NCBI GenBank assembly: GCA_964372905.1
Contig: CAYJQY010000002.1
Location: forward strand, 38,796-102,795
DNA length: 64,000 nucleotides
Reading direction: 5' to 3'
Source of the DNA: an uncultured Candidatus Saccharibacteria bacterium
GTDB lineage: Bacteria; Patescibacteriota; Doudnabacteria; UBA920
A program made the translations under genes and the position numbers. The notes below the pieces were generated by a model, which saw only the letters and a program-made list of their open reading frames with translations, had not been told where the DNA came from and ran no database searches. This document shows, piece by piece, positions 8,745 to 19,200 of the stretch. Within the stretch, counting starts at the first letter, position 1, and the number at the start of each line of letters is the position of its first letter.

Positions 8745-10394
8745 ATGAATAAAAGTTTTTTGGCGACATCGCCGGCAGACCTTCACCGCGCGCTGGAGGA
8801 AGAAAAAGAGCACATCCGCGAGCAGGAAATCGGCAAACAGGCCAACCTGCTTCATTTGCCCTATATCAACCTTCGCGGCTTTCCCATCGATTTAACCGTC
8901 CTCGGACTTTTTACAGAGCAGGAAGCGCGGCAATTTCAGGCCGTGCCTTTTTTTCGCGAGCATCACGACCTGCGGATTGCCGCGGTCGAGCCGGGCAACG
9001 CGCTGCTTAAAGAAAAAATCAAAGAACTCCAGCAAAAATATACAGTTACTTTGCACCTAATTTCGCCGGCCAGTCTGGAGCACGCCTTGCACCTTTACGC
9101 CAAAGTTTTAGTGCTCAAGCCCGAGCACGAAAGCGCGGTTAAAATCAGTAAGCCTATCAATCCCGATGAGTTTTTTGCCAAAATGAACTCCGGGCAGGCG
9201 CAGGAAGCAATGACTACGAGTGAACTTATTAACAATATTTACGCTTCGGCTGTTGCGCTCGCGGCTTCGGACATCCACCTTGAGCCGGAAGAAAATTTTG
9301 TGAAATTGCGTTTTCGCCTCGATGGAGTTCTCCAGGATATGCTCCATATTTCCAAAAAACTTCAGCGCACCCTAACCGCAAGAATAAAAATTTTATCTAA
9401 ACTCAAACTCAACGTGGAAAATATGCCGCAGGATGGGCGCATGACTTTTTTCGTCCAGAATGAACCGGTCGATGTCCGCGTTTCGACCTTGCCGTCGGCT
9501 TATGGCGAGGGCATTGTCTTGCGGCTGTTGGGAATCGGCGCCATAAACCTCAAACTTAATGAACTGGGCTTGCGCGGCAAGGCCTACGAACACATCGAAC
9601 ACATTCTTGGCCAGCCCAACGGCATGGTTATTACTACCGGCCCCACGGGCAGCGGCAAGACCACCACGCTCTACGCTTTTTTGAACGAACTTAACAAACC
9701 CGGCGTGAAAGTTATTACTCTCGAGGACCCGGTGGAATATAAGCTGGAAGGAATTTCACAAACGCCAATAGATCATAACGTGGATTTCAACTTCGCCAAA
9801 GGCCTGCGCGCCATTCTGCGCCAGGACCCTGATATCGTCATGGTCGGGGAGATCCGCGATCAGGAAACTGCGGAAACGGCCCTGCAGGCTTCTCTGACCG
9901 GCCACCTCGTGCTTTCGACCTTGCACACGAATGACGCGGCCGGCGCAATCCCGCGCCTAATTTCCATGGGCGTTAAGCCTTTCGTGATTGCCCCGGCCCT
10001 CAATGCCGTAATTGCCCAGCGCCTGGTGCGCAAGCTGTGTCCGGACTGCAAAGAAGCCGCTAAACTTCCGGCGGCTTTACTGGCGCGCGTAGAAGATGTG
10101 CTCAAGCAAATTCCCGTCGGCGCTGGAGCCGCCGTTCCCGGACAGCTGCAGTTTTATCGTTCCCGCGGCTGTAGCCAATGCCACAACCTCGGCTACCGCG
10201 GCCGCATCGGCGTTTACGAAGTCCTGCCCGTGACCGATGAGGTTAGGGAACTGATTTTAAAGGAATCATCCGGAGTCCAGTTGAAGCAATTGGCAATCAA
10301 GGAAGGCATGGCCACTATGGTGCAGGACGGTTTACTCAAGGCGCTGGAAGGCATTACCGACGTGGAGGAAGTTTTTCGGGTGACGGGGGAATAA
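8745..10394 (+). CDS. pilB: Type II/IV secretion system ATPase (PilB/GspE family)
   Basis: Walker A GPTGSGKTT, the ITLEDPVEY Asp box, the His box and a C-terminal Cys4 (CPDC...CSQC) zinc motif. Confidence 0.9.
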   Translation: MNKSFLATSPADLHRALEEEKEHIREQEIGKQANLLHLPYINLRGFPIDLTVLGLFTEQEARQFQAVPFFREHHDLRIAAVEPGNALLKEKIKELQQKYTVTLHLISPASLEHALHLYAKVLVLKPEHESAVKISKPINPDEFFAKMNSGQAQEAMTTSELINNIYASAVALAASDIHLEPEENFVKLRFRLDGVLQDMLHISKKLQRTLTARIKILSKLKLNVENMPQDGRMTFFVQNEPVDVRVSTLPSAYGEGIVLRLLGIGAINLKLNELGLRGKAYEHIEHILGQPNGMVITTGPTGSGKTTTLYAFLNELNKPGVKVITLEDPVEYKLEGISQTPIDHNVDFNFAKGLRAILRQDPDIVMVGEIRDQETAETALQASLTGHLVLSTLHTNDAAGAIPRLISMGVKPFVIAPALNAVIAQRLVRKLCPDCKEAAKLPAALLARVEDVLKQIPVGAGAAVPGQLQFYRSRGCSQCHNLGYRGRIGVYEVLPVTDEVRELILKESSGVQLKQLAIKEGMATMVQDGLLKALEGITDVEEVFRVTGE

Positions 10395-10583
10395 TGGTTT
10401 GTTATACTTTTATTAACTATTTTCTTATGATCATTTGCCTTTTGCCTAAGCAAACTATTTCAGTTGCCGAGCCGGTTCGCTCAAGCGGAGAAAACCAGCA
10501 ACCTAGTTTTCGCGGCCAAGGCAAATCATCTTACAACAGCCAGTTTTCAATCGTCAACGAAAATTAAAATAAAATTTTGATTT

Positions 10584-11285
10584 ATGAAAGTTAAAGATTT
10601 GATGACAACCAAGATCATTTCTGTCACGCTTGAGACTCCCATTCACGAAGTCGCGGAAATTTTAGAAAAATTTCATTTTACCGGGGTGCCGGTGGCAGAC
10701 GGCAAAAAAGTCGCCGGACTTATCGCTGAACGTGATTTCATTACCAGTGACTCGAATTTATACCTGCCGACATACATTAAATTGCTGACCGATCTGGATT
10801 TTGTTTCGGGCGATAAAAAACGGCTCCCGCCCCAGGCCCAGAAAATCATCAATGCCAAGGCCCGTGATATCATGAACAAAAAGGTCATCACGGTTTCGCC
10901 GGACGCATCGCTGGAAGAACTGGCCCAGCTCTTTGCCACCAAACGGGTCAACCCAATTCCGGTAACTGACAAGCAAGGCAACATGGTCGGGATTATCTCC
11001 CGGAGCGATCTGATCAAATTGTTTTCGAAAACCAATTTAAAAGACCAAGGCATTGTCGACCATCCCCATCGTGTCATTGACGAAAATGTTGAGGAGGTGC
11101 ATGAGCAATTCCAATCTCATTTTTCTTTGGTCACCAAGGCCCGGGCCAATGTCTGGCTGGTGGTGGCCATTGTCTTGTTCGTTATCGGATTTATTATCGG
11201 GATTGTTTATGTGGTGGACCCAAATTATTTTCTCGGCAGTACCCAGGATGAATATCAACTTTATGATCAGGGGAGTGATTATTGA
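10584..11285 (+). CDS. CBS-pair domain protein with a C-terminal TM anchor preceded by the shared TKARANVWL motif
   Basis: Two CBS repeats at the N-terminus. The C-terminus reads HFSLVTKARANVWLVVAIVLFVIGFIIGIVYVV, which has the same motif+TM as the N-termini of the next three genes. Confidence 0.7.
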   Translation: MKVKDLMTTKIISVTLETPIHEVAEILEKFHFTGVPVADGKKVAGLIAERDFITSDSNLYLPTYIKLLTDLDFVSGDKKRLPPQAQKIINAKARDIMNKKVITVSPDASLEELAQLFATKRVNPIPVTDKQGNMVGIISRSDLIKLFSKTNLKDQGIVDHPHRVIDENVEEVHEQFQSHFSLVTKARANVWLVVAIVLFVIGFIIGIVYVVDPNYFLGSTQDEYQLYDQGSDY

Positions 11286-11347
11286 GGTAAAGCGTCGCCA
11301 GTTTTTTTGCCAATTTTTACGGTAACTGCTCACTGCTTTTGCCGCGC

Positions 11348-11376
11348 TTGCCAAAATCTTTATTTTGTGCTATAAT
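11348..11376 (+). promoter_or_regulatory. Sigma70-type promoter
   Basis: TTGCCA-17 nt-TATAAT about 50 nt upstream of the ORF starting at 11427. Confidence 0.5.
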
Positions 11377-11426
11377 TATATAAAGATTAAATAAAAAGCA
11401 GCTAAATAAAAAACTAAAATTACTAT

Positions 11427-12953
11427 ATGAAAAAGGATCATTGGTTTTCATCATCTTCATCTTCACGGCCGCTGGCAAGCGCGGCTAAACTGTTCCGGCG
11501 CATTGCCCACCGCAGAGCCAACATCTGGTCGGTGACTATTTTAGTCATGTTTCTTATAGTGGTATACATTATGATTCAGCTGGTGGGGCTGACCAATAGC
11601 CAAGTTTCTTCGCCGGTGGCCGATGCCAGCATAAAGGACTACTATAACGCTCGAATCGAGAAACTGACGCAGCGCGACCGGTGGGGTTTATTAGCCAGTC
11701 TGCTTTCCCCCACGACTCCACAAAGTCCCCCGGCCGCAGTGGTTACCGACCCTTCCGGTTCGGGGATTCTCCAAAATCCTCCGGTCGGGCAAGCTACAGA
11801 CCCGTCCGTTGTAAATATCGTAGTGGACGACCCGTCTATTTTTACCAAGCAGGATCAGGGACCGAGCGCACCACTTATTAGGCCCTTTGACAAGTTCGGC
11901 AATGTTCCCGCAGTCTGGCTCTGGGCTATTCAGGGTAAGAGTCACGCGGCATTTTTTTACCCAAATACAGGGAGAGATTATGACCAGTTAAACGCTCGGG
12001 TTCAGAACTGTCAGCAGGCGCTTAGCACTATCACAAATAATCCCCCTATTCTTAACTGCCCGCGTGATATAGTAAATGCTCTTCCTATAAGGATGCTATA
12101 TATTGTTGATTGGGGTGATGGCAAACAGACGACTGATTATGGGAATCTCTCTAGCGAGAATGGTATAACGGCTGGCGAGGCTTCTATACCGAGAGACAGT
12201 CACAGTTATGCCAATCCTGGTGTATATTCCGTAACCGCCAAGGCTTGTTATGGCAGATTCCCGATGCCTACTGGTCCAGGAGTGAACATTAGAAACCCCG
12301 GCAGTTTCCAACCTGGTCCTTTGGATGGCCGCTGTAGCGCGGAAAGCCATTGGCAAATGAGAGTGGTTACGCAAGCCGATGGTATAGACCCTGTTTCACA
12401 TGCCACGACGGCTACTCCAAAGTTGGCTGGTCCGCAGCTGATCGCAAAACTTGCCCCAAACCAACCTAATGAGAAAAGTAGCACTCGCGTTGGTGGCTAT
12501 CCTACTTACAAAATAGGCAATAATATTCCTTTGGGTATTCTTAGAGTCATCAATGTAGGCGAAACCCCAGAAACAATAAGAAGTATTTTGATAGAACCAA
12601 GCGGCATCAGTAGTATCCCCCAGGTACGAGTCAAACTAAACGGTGAAATTATCGGGGATACCATGCAAAAGATCATAGTCCTTACAAAGCCAGTATCGTT
12701 ATCTGTGGGTCAATCGGTTGACCTTCAGTTTTTTGGCGATGCCAATATTAATGAAAACTTCGCAAGTGCTGGTCCTTCTAGTAGTCGTTATGGTCGCGGA
12801 GATGATATCTTTCAATCCTTTGGCATTAGTGGGCTGAATGTTAATAGTTTAAGCGATATGAAGCTGTCAGGTGCCGGCTCCCCCAATCTAAATCTCGGCA
12901 ATTTCGAGCTTGATAATAACGGTGACACTCCCGGCAGCATTCAGACTAATTGA
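11427..12953 (+). CDS. Membrane-anchored surface protein with PKD-like domain (RANIW motif plus TM at N-terminus, Pro-rich linker)
   Basis: N-terminus LFRRIAHRRANIWSVTILVMFLIVVYIM. PKD-like motif YIVDWGDGKQ...HSYANPGVYSVTAKA. Confidence 0.6.
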   Translation: MKKDHWFSSSSSSRPLASAAKLFRRIAHRRANIWSVTILVMFLIVVYIMIQLVGLTNSQVSSPVADASIKDYYNARIEKLTQRDRWGLLASLLSPTTPQSPPAAVVTDPSGSGILQNPPVGQATDPSVVNIVVDDPSIFTKQDQGPSAPLIRPFDKFGNVPAVWLWAIQGKSHAAFFYPNTGRDYDQLNARVQNCQQALSTITNNPPILNCPRDIVNALPIRMLYIVDWGDGKQTTDYGNLSSENGITAGEASIPRDSHSYANPGVYSVTAKACYGRFPMPTGPGVNIRNPGSFQPGPLDGRCSAESHWQMRVVTQADGIDPVSHATTATPKLAGPQLIAKLAPNQPNEKSSTRVGGYPTYKIGNNIPLGILRVINVGETPETIRSILIEPSGISSIPQVRVKLNGEIIGDTMQKIIVLTKPVSLSVGQSVDLQFFGDANINENFASAGPSSSRYGRGDDIFQSFGISGLNVNSLSDMKLSGAGSPNLNLGNFELDNNGDTPGSIQTN

Positions 12954-13024
12954 TGATAAAAGAATTGGGTACACGCCATGCTTAGTTCACGCCGGAGCAA
13001 ACATTTGAGCAGAGCCGATTAAAT

Positions 13025-14125
13025 ATGAAATTTCATACCGCCAAGATCTTCACCCGCTTCGCGGCGTTGCGCAAGCGCAAGGCCAATATCTGGCTTACTT
13101 CTACAATCGTTTTGGCTATCGCGGCAGTTTATGTTTTGGTGATGGCGGCCGCACTCTTAGGTTCGCCGGACAAAAGTTCGCCGTACAACCAAAGTGAAGC
13201 CAAACAACTTGGGATAAGGTACAATAATCGGTTTAAAAAGTTGACTTTAGGATCGCTTTTGTCGCCTCATATCACACTGCCTGCTCCTGTCGAGACTATT
13301 CCATCTTCGGTTGCCCCGCCCGACCCAACCATCCCGCCAAGCCCGCCCGTTCCATCCGACCCGACCCCGGCAACCCAGACTTCTTTGCCGGCCCTAAACG
13401 CGCCGAAAACCGGGGACCAGTGGCCCCAGGGTTCCATCCAAACCATCAGCTGGAACAAAGAGGATTTTAAAAACGGCATTTATTTGCGCCTGCTCAAGGG
13501 CGGCCAACTTTATCCCGGAAATGCGGCTAGCGTGGCCGGGAAATTTGAATTGGGTCATATGGAAGGCTCCAGGTATGTACCGGCCCATGCGCAGTCATTC
13601 GGCAACCAGGGCGTATTTGAATGGGTTGTGCCCGATGTGCCGGCCGGCAATGATTACGCGGTTCAGGCCATTGACGGCGGGGGCGTTGCGGTGGCGCAGA
13701 GCGGCGCGTTTAGCGTTACTGCCCCGTCCCAGGCATTTCAAATCATCGCGCCTTCGGCCGGCGAGCGCCTGGCATTCGGGATCGATTATGCGATTAAGTG
13801 GAAGGCGTTGGTTTCGTTGGCGGGTCCCATTGACATTGCCATCTATCAGAAAGCAAACGACTTCAGCGGCCCGAACTCAAACGGCCTCGGCGGCCTGTCT
13901 TACATTGCCAAACGCATCCCCCAAGATTGGCTTTATATAGTCAACGGAGTAGTCAACTGGACCTGGAGCGTAAGCGCTTCTAATAATCTCTCCACGGCGG
14001 GCGGCATCGGCGGTCTCATAACTTCTGATGATGCCACGCGCGTGATCATTACGGCGTCCGACCATTCCGCCAGCGGGCAAAGCGCGCCGTTCGCCGTGGG
14101 CCTGGCCGGCAGCGCAGGCTATTAA
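13025..14125 (+). CDS. Membrane-anchored surface protein, paralogue of the preceding gene (KANIWL motif plus TM, Pro-rich linker)
   Basis: N-terminus FAALRKRKANIWLTSTIVLAIAAVYVLV. It shares YNxRxxKLT....LLSP after the TM with 11427..12953. Two W..G.I.W-type beta-rich repeats. Confidence 0.55.
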   Translation: MKFHTAKIFTRFAALRKRKANIWLTSTIVLAIAAVYVLVMAAALLGSPDKSSPYNQSEAKQLGIRYNNRFKKLTLGSLLSPHITLPAPVETIPSSVAPPDPTIPPSPPVPSDPTPATQTSLPALNAPKTGDQWPQGSIQTISWNKEDFKNGIYLRLLKGGQLYPGNAASVAGKFELGHMEGSRYVPAHAQSFGNQGVFEWVVPDVPAGNDYAVQAIDGGGVAVAQSGAFSVTAPSQAFQIIAPSAGERLAFGIDYAIKWKALVSLAGPIDIAIYQKANDFSGPNSNGLGGLSYIAKRIPQDWLYIVNGVVNWTWSVSASNNLSTAGGIGGLITSDDATRVIITASDHSASGQSAPFAVGLAGSAGY

Positions 14126-14272
14126 AATCCCGCCGGCACGGCTTATTCAATCCTCATCCGGGGGAATTCGCGCTGTTTTACTTCCGTCGGTTACAAGGGC
14201 TATAATGATAATGTGAGTTGATTTTAAAATGAGATCCGTGAATCATTTCTTTATATATAGTTAACCAAAATT

Positions 14273-15304
14273 ATGCCAACAGTTCAACCTTCACAGCGGC
14301 CGATAGATGAGAGTGTGGAGATAGTCCAGCACGCGCTGAAATCGCGTTTTGCTTATGTGACCAAAGCGCGGGCGAATGTTTGGCTGACCGCGGGCATTAC
14401 CATGTTTGTTGCCGGTCTTGGAGGAAGCATACTTTTGACGGCTTATCAAAATGCATTAGTTAATATTCCGGCCGCGGCGCTTGACGGCGCATTTTTAACT
14501 GCCGGTCCGAGTATTGAAGGGCCTACCCAAGTCACGCAAGGCCAGGACAATGGTTTTGTGTTTGATGCCCCGGGCGCGGGCGCAACGGCTATCCGTTATG
14601 CGATTGATTGGGGCGATGGCAGTCCTGTGGCAGATACGGTTTCTACTGCCGCGAGCAAGCTCAATCTCACTCATAGCTACGCTCAAATCGGCAAGTTTAC
14701 CATAACGGGCAAAGCCGCATTCGCTTCCAGCGAGCAGTTTTCGGCACCCGCGACGCATGCCATAATTGTAACTGATCTGCGCGGCCTGTCTGCGCCGGCG
14801 GATTTAGTGGCGCTGGCGCTGGATGCGTCCAGTCCGGCTTCCCGCCGCGTTGCGGCCGGGCAGACCGACGCGGTTTTTGCGGCCATCAAAGCCGCGGCTT
14901 CGGAACAATCGGACATAACCCTAAAATCTTTGTTGATTTCTGTTAAGACCGTAGCTTCCGCCAATGCGGCCGGTTCCGGCGCGACTATTTTTAATGCGGC
15001 CGGCTCCAATGTAGTTGCCCCGCAAGCTAATTTTAGCCAGATAAAAATTTATTCGGGCGATACTTTACTGGGTAGCGCCTCGGTTGATGCTTTGTCGGGC
15101 CAAGTCCGCATAAGTCTTGGCGCTGGCATTACCATTCCCGCGGGAAGCGCCACGGTTTTATTAATTAAAGCTGATGTGCGGCCGGATGCGGCAGGCGGCG
15201 AATCTGTCCTTGGCGTTGCCGGCCTAACCACCCAGCCTGACACCGCGGTTTCAGCTTTGCCCGTGTATGGGAACACCATGACCATAGCGGCTGGCGCTCA
15301 ATGA
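14273..15304 (+). CDS. Membrane-anchored surface protein with PKD-like domain (TKARANVWL motif plus TM)
   Basis: N-terminus VEIVQHALKSRFAYVTKARANVWLTAGITMFVAGLGG, nearly identical to the CBS protein C-terminal motif. PKD-like YAIDWGDGSP...HSYAQIGKFTITGKA. Confidence 0.6.
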   Translation: MPTVQPSQRPIDESVEIVQHALKSRFAYVTKARANVWLTAGITMFVAGLGGSILLTAYQNALVNIPAAALDGAFLTAGPSIEGPTQVTQGQDNGFVFDAPGAGATAIRYAIDWGDGSPVADTVSTAASKLNLTHSYAQIGKFTITGKAAFASSEQFSAPATHAIIVTDLRGLSAPADLVALALDASSPASRRVAAGQTDAVFAAIKAAASEQSDITLKSLLISVKTVASANAAGSGATIFNAAGSNVVAPQANFSQIKIYSGDTLLGSASVDALSGQVRISLGAGITIPAGSATVLLIKADVRPDAAGGESVLGVAGLTTQPDTAVSALPVYGNTMTIAAGAQ

Positions 15305-15335
15305 TGTTGGCGCACTAACATCAGCACTTTTACAG
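15305..15335 (+). terminator. Possible terminator hairpin after the surface-protein cluster
   Basis: TGATGTT-GGCGCACT-AACATCA inverted repeat directly after the stop, followed by GCACTTTT. The U-tract is weak. Confidence 0.3.
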
Positions 15336-15579
15336 TCTTGCCCATAGTCATTGTTGTAGTCATAAGCGTATCGCAAAAAAATAACAAAATCGCCCGTGAG
15401 GCGTTTTTTTGGACAGTTTACAGTCTAGTTTACAACTTTTAATAATGATGCCGAAATAAAGTTGTAAACCAGACTCATTCTATATGGATACAAGCGTATC
15501 GAGTAATTTTTCGTGAATAGGGGGTATAGTAACTTTTATTAAGATTGGAATGTATGTGCAGTTGTATTAAACTTTAGGT

Positions 15580-16152
15580 ATGAGCGCCGAAAAATCCAAT
15601 ATCTTCATCTTCCACGGCACCGCCGGCCATCCGAGCGAGAATTGGTTTCCGTGGGCCAAGGCGGAATTTGAAAAGCGGGGGTACATTGTAATCGTGCCGC
15701 AGTTTCCCACGCCCGAGGGGCAGTCCCTGGTAGCCTGGATGGCAGTGCTCGAGCCGTACCGGCCGCAGATCAACGCGGACACCATTTTAATCGGCCACAG
15801 TCTGGGCGGTTTGTTTTTGCTGCGCGTGCTGGAGCAGCTGCCGGCACCGGTAGCGGCCAGCGTGTTCGTGGGCACGCCCGTCGGCATCGAACCCATCAAA
15901 AATTTCTCAAGCGACGCGGCGTTCAGCCCCGGCTTTACCTTTGATTGGCCGACCATAGTGGCCCATGCCGGCCGGACTACGGTCTTCCATTCCGATAATG
16001 ATCCGTACGTATCCTTGGGCAACGGACAGGCGCTGGCCAAGGAGCTGGGCGTGGCCTTGAGCTTGATCCCCGGCGCCGGGCACTTTAACGCCCAGGCGGG
16101 GTATGTGAAGTTTCCGGGGTTGTTGGAATCTGTAGAAAAAATGTTAGAATAA
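15580..16152 (+). CDS. Alpha/beta hydrolase of the RBBP9/YdeN serine-hydrolase family
   Basis: FIFHGTAGHPSENW and the nucleophile elbow LIGHSLGG. 190 aa. Confidence 0.65.
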   Translation: MSAEKSNIFIFHGTAGHPSENWFPWAKAEFEKRGYIVIVPQFPTPEGQSLVAWMAVLEPYRPQINADTILIGHSLGGLFLLRVLEQLPAPVAASVFVGTPVGIEPIKNFSSDAAFSPGFTFDWPTIVAHAGRTTVFHSDNDPYVSLGNGQALAKELGVALSLIPGAGHFNAQAGYVKFPGLLESVEKMLE

Positions 16153-16272
16153 GGTATAAATTAAGCTTTATCATACAAAATGAACCATTTAGAGTACGGA
16201 AAAAATGTTGAATACATCACACGAGACGATACTTAAAACAGGCTACAATATATAGGTAATTGTAGTCTTTTT

Positions 16273-19200
16273 ATGCCCAAAACCGCCGCTTCCACCCCCC
16301 ACCTCCGCTACATGCTCGTTGATGGCAACGCGCTCATTCATCGCGGCTATCATGCCATTCCCGGCCTGGCCACCAAGGCCGGCGAGCCAACAGGCGCGGT
16401 TTACGGCTTTACCACGATTTTACTGCGTGCCATAAAGGATTTGAAGCCCACTCACATTGCCTGCGCCTTTGATTTGGAGGGGCCGACTTTCCGCCATGAG
16501 CAATACAAGGAGTACAAGGCCACGCGCCTGAAAGCGGCCCAGGAACTCTACGACCAGATCCCGCGCGTGCACGATGTGGCGCGCGCTCTCAACATTCCTA
16601 TTTTTGAGGAACAGGGTTTTGAGGCCGATGATGTGCTCGGCACCCTGGCCAAGAAAATTTACAAAAAATACCATCCCCGGCCTTCCTTGGTTACAAGGGC
16701 GGATGAAAAGGGAGATGATAAAGTCGTCGCGGACATAGCAGAGATTATGATTGTCACCGGCGATTTGGACACGCTCCAGCTGGTTAATCATTCCATAAAA
16801 GTTTATACCTTGCGCAAAGGCATTACGGATATTGCCGTGTACGACGCCGCGGCCGTGCGCGAGCGCTACGGTTTGACGCCCGAGCAGATGATTGATTTTA
16901 AGGCCTTGCGCGGCGACCCCTCGGATAACATCAAGGGCGTGAAGGGGATCGGTGAGAAGGGCGCAGCGGATTTGATAAAAGAATTTGGAAGTTTAGATAA
17001 ATTATATGAGGCCATAAAGTCAGGAAAAGCTGAAGGAAAGATAAAGCCGCGGACCCTGGAACTGCTCAAAGCCGGGGAGGATGATGCGCGGCTATCTTAT
17101 GAACTTTCGGTGATTAAGTGTGATTTGGATATTGATGCTGATATTGCACCATACGAATTTACCGAAAAGAATTTGAACCAGACCGTGAAACTGTTTCAGG
17201 AATTGGAATTTCATAGTTTGATAAATAAGCTGCCGAAAAATTATTTAGGCCTGGCCGGGCCCAAGGACGCCGCATCATCAAAAAAATCTAAAGGAAAGAT
17301 AAAAGCGGGGAAGGACCTAGCGGAAGAAGTTGAATTTGCTGAAGCGCCAGCCGAAGTGCCGGAAGCGGCCAAGCCCGCACATCATCACAAAAAAGGCGGC
17401 GAAAAATATGAATTGGTGGATGACGAGGCCAAACTCGAAGACCTTATTAAAAAATTAGATAAAGCCGATGAATTTGCCGTAGACACGGAAACCACCGGGC
17501 TCGATGCCATCCGCGCGCAGCTCGTGGGCGTCTCCGTCAGCGCTACCCCGCGCCGCGCCTTCTACATTCCGGCCGCGCTCGTGGAAAATAGCGCCGCGCT
17601 AAAACGGCTCCTTGAATCCGCGCGCCACAAAAAAATCGGCCACAACATAAAATACGATTTACTCGTCTTGCAGAACGCCGGAATTAGCCTGGGCGGCGCG
17701 CACTTTGACACCATGCTGGCCTCGTATTTGTTGAACGCCGGCACGCGTCAGCACAACTTGGATACGCTGGCGTTCAACGAACTCGGTTATCAAATGCAGC
17801 CCATTGATGAGCTCATCGGCAAGGGCAAAAAGCAGATTACCATGGATTTGGTTGACCCGGCTAAAGTGTCATGGTACGCCTGCGAGGACGCGGACATGGC
17901 CTTGCAATTAAAACACCGTTTTGAGCCGGAACTCAAAAAGCACGAGTTGGACAAAATTTTTTATGAGATAGAAATGCCGCTCATGCCGGTCTTGGCTGGT
18001 ATGGAGCGCGCCGGCATCAAGCTTGATTCGGACTTGCTCAAAGAGCTCGGCCGCGCCGTAGAAAAGCGCCTGCACGCCATTGAGCGCGACATTTACAAAC
18101 ACGCGGGCAAGGAATTCAACATCAATTCGCCCATTCAGCTGCGTGAGATTTTGTTCCGCGACCTCGGCCTGATTTCCGTAGACAACAAGAAAACCAAGAC
18201 GGGAGTGTCTACCGCGGCCGCGGAATTGGAAAAGATGATCGGCCAGCATCCCATAATTGAGAAGATTTTGGAATATCGGGAGTTGAGCAAACTTCAGTCC
18301 ACTTATATTTTGGCTTTACCCGAACTGGTCAACCCCGACACTGGTCGCATCCACACTAGTTATAATCAGACTGTGGCTGCGACCGGGCGGCTGTCCTCCA
18401 GCGATCCGAATTTGCAGAACATTCCCATTCGCGGGGAGAGGATTGGCGCGGAGATCCGCAAGGCCTTTGTGGCCGAGCGCGGTTATGAGCTGCTGTCGCT
18501 GGATTATTCGCAGATTGAACTGCGCATTGTGGCGCACCTTTCGCAGGATAAAAATATGATGCGCATTTTCAAGAACGATGAAGACATTCATACTAACACG
18601 GCCATGGAAGTTTTCGGCGTAGGAGCCGAACAAGTCACGGGCGATATGCGCCGCGACGCGAAAACGATTAACTTCGGAATTTTATATGGATTGTCGGCCT
18701 TCGGGCTGTCCAGTCGCATTGGCCAGATTGAGCGGCATTCGGCGCGCGAATTTATCGGCAAATATTTTGCTGCCTACCCGGGCATGAAAAAATATATTGA
18801 TGAGATCAAAGAGGCCGTGCACCGCGACGGTTTTGTACGCAACGAACTCGGCCGCCTCCGCCGCTTCCCGGAAATCAAGGCCAGCAACTTCCAAGTCCGC
18901 GCCGCGGCCGAGCGCCAGGCCGTGAACTTTCCCATCCAGTCCCTGGCCGCCGATGTCATCAAAGTCGCCATGATTAATATCATTAAAGAACTGAACGGCC
19001 AGTCGGAAACGTCCAGCGCTTCCGTTAAAGGGGTTGTTGGCCGCGCCGATCCTCATGATACCCAAGGCCATGCTGTCAGTAAAGACGCCAGTGCCAGTAG
19101 CGCCGTCCATAATATCCAACGCGATGCCGCCCGCTCCGAAATTACCATGCTGCTCCAAGTTCACGACGAACTGGTTTTTGAGGTCAAAACCAGCCGCGTA

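Noticed and set aside
15336-15579. AT-rich 275-bp spacer after the surface-protein cluster with a 9-bp inverted repeat (GTTTACAAC...GTTGTAAAC, about 15419-15475), considered as a possible small RNA or tRNA.
   Set aside because: No tRNA cloverleaf can be folded and no promoter or terminator pair was found. It is most simply a regulator-binding site or a 5' leader of the downstream hydrolase gene. Evidence was insufficient to call a feature.
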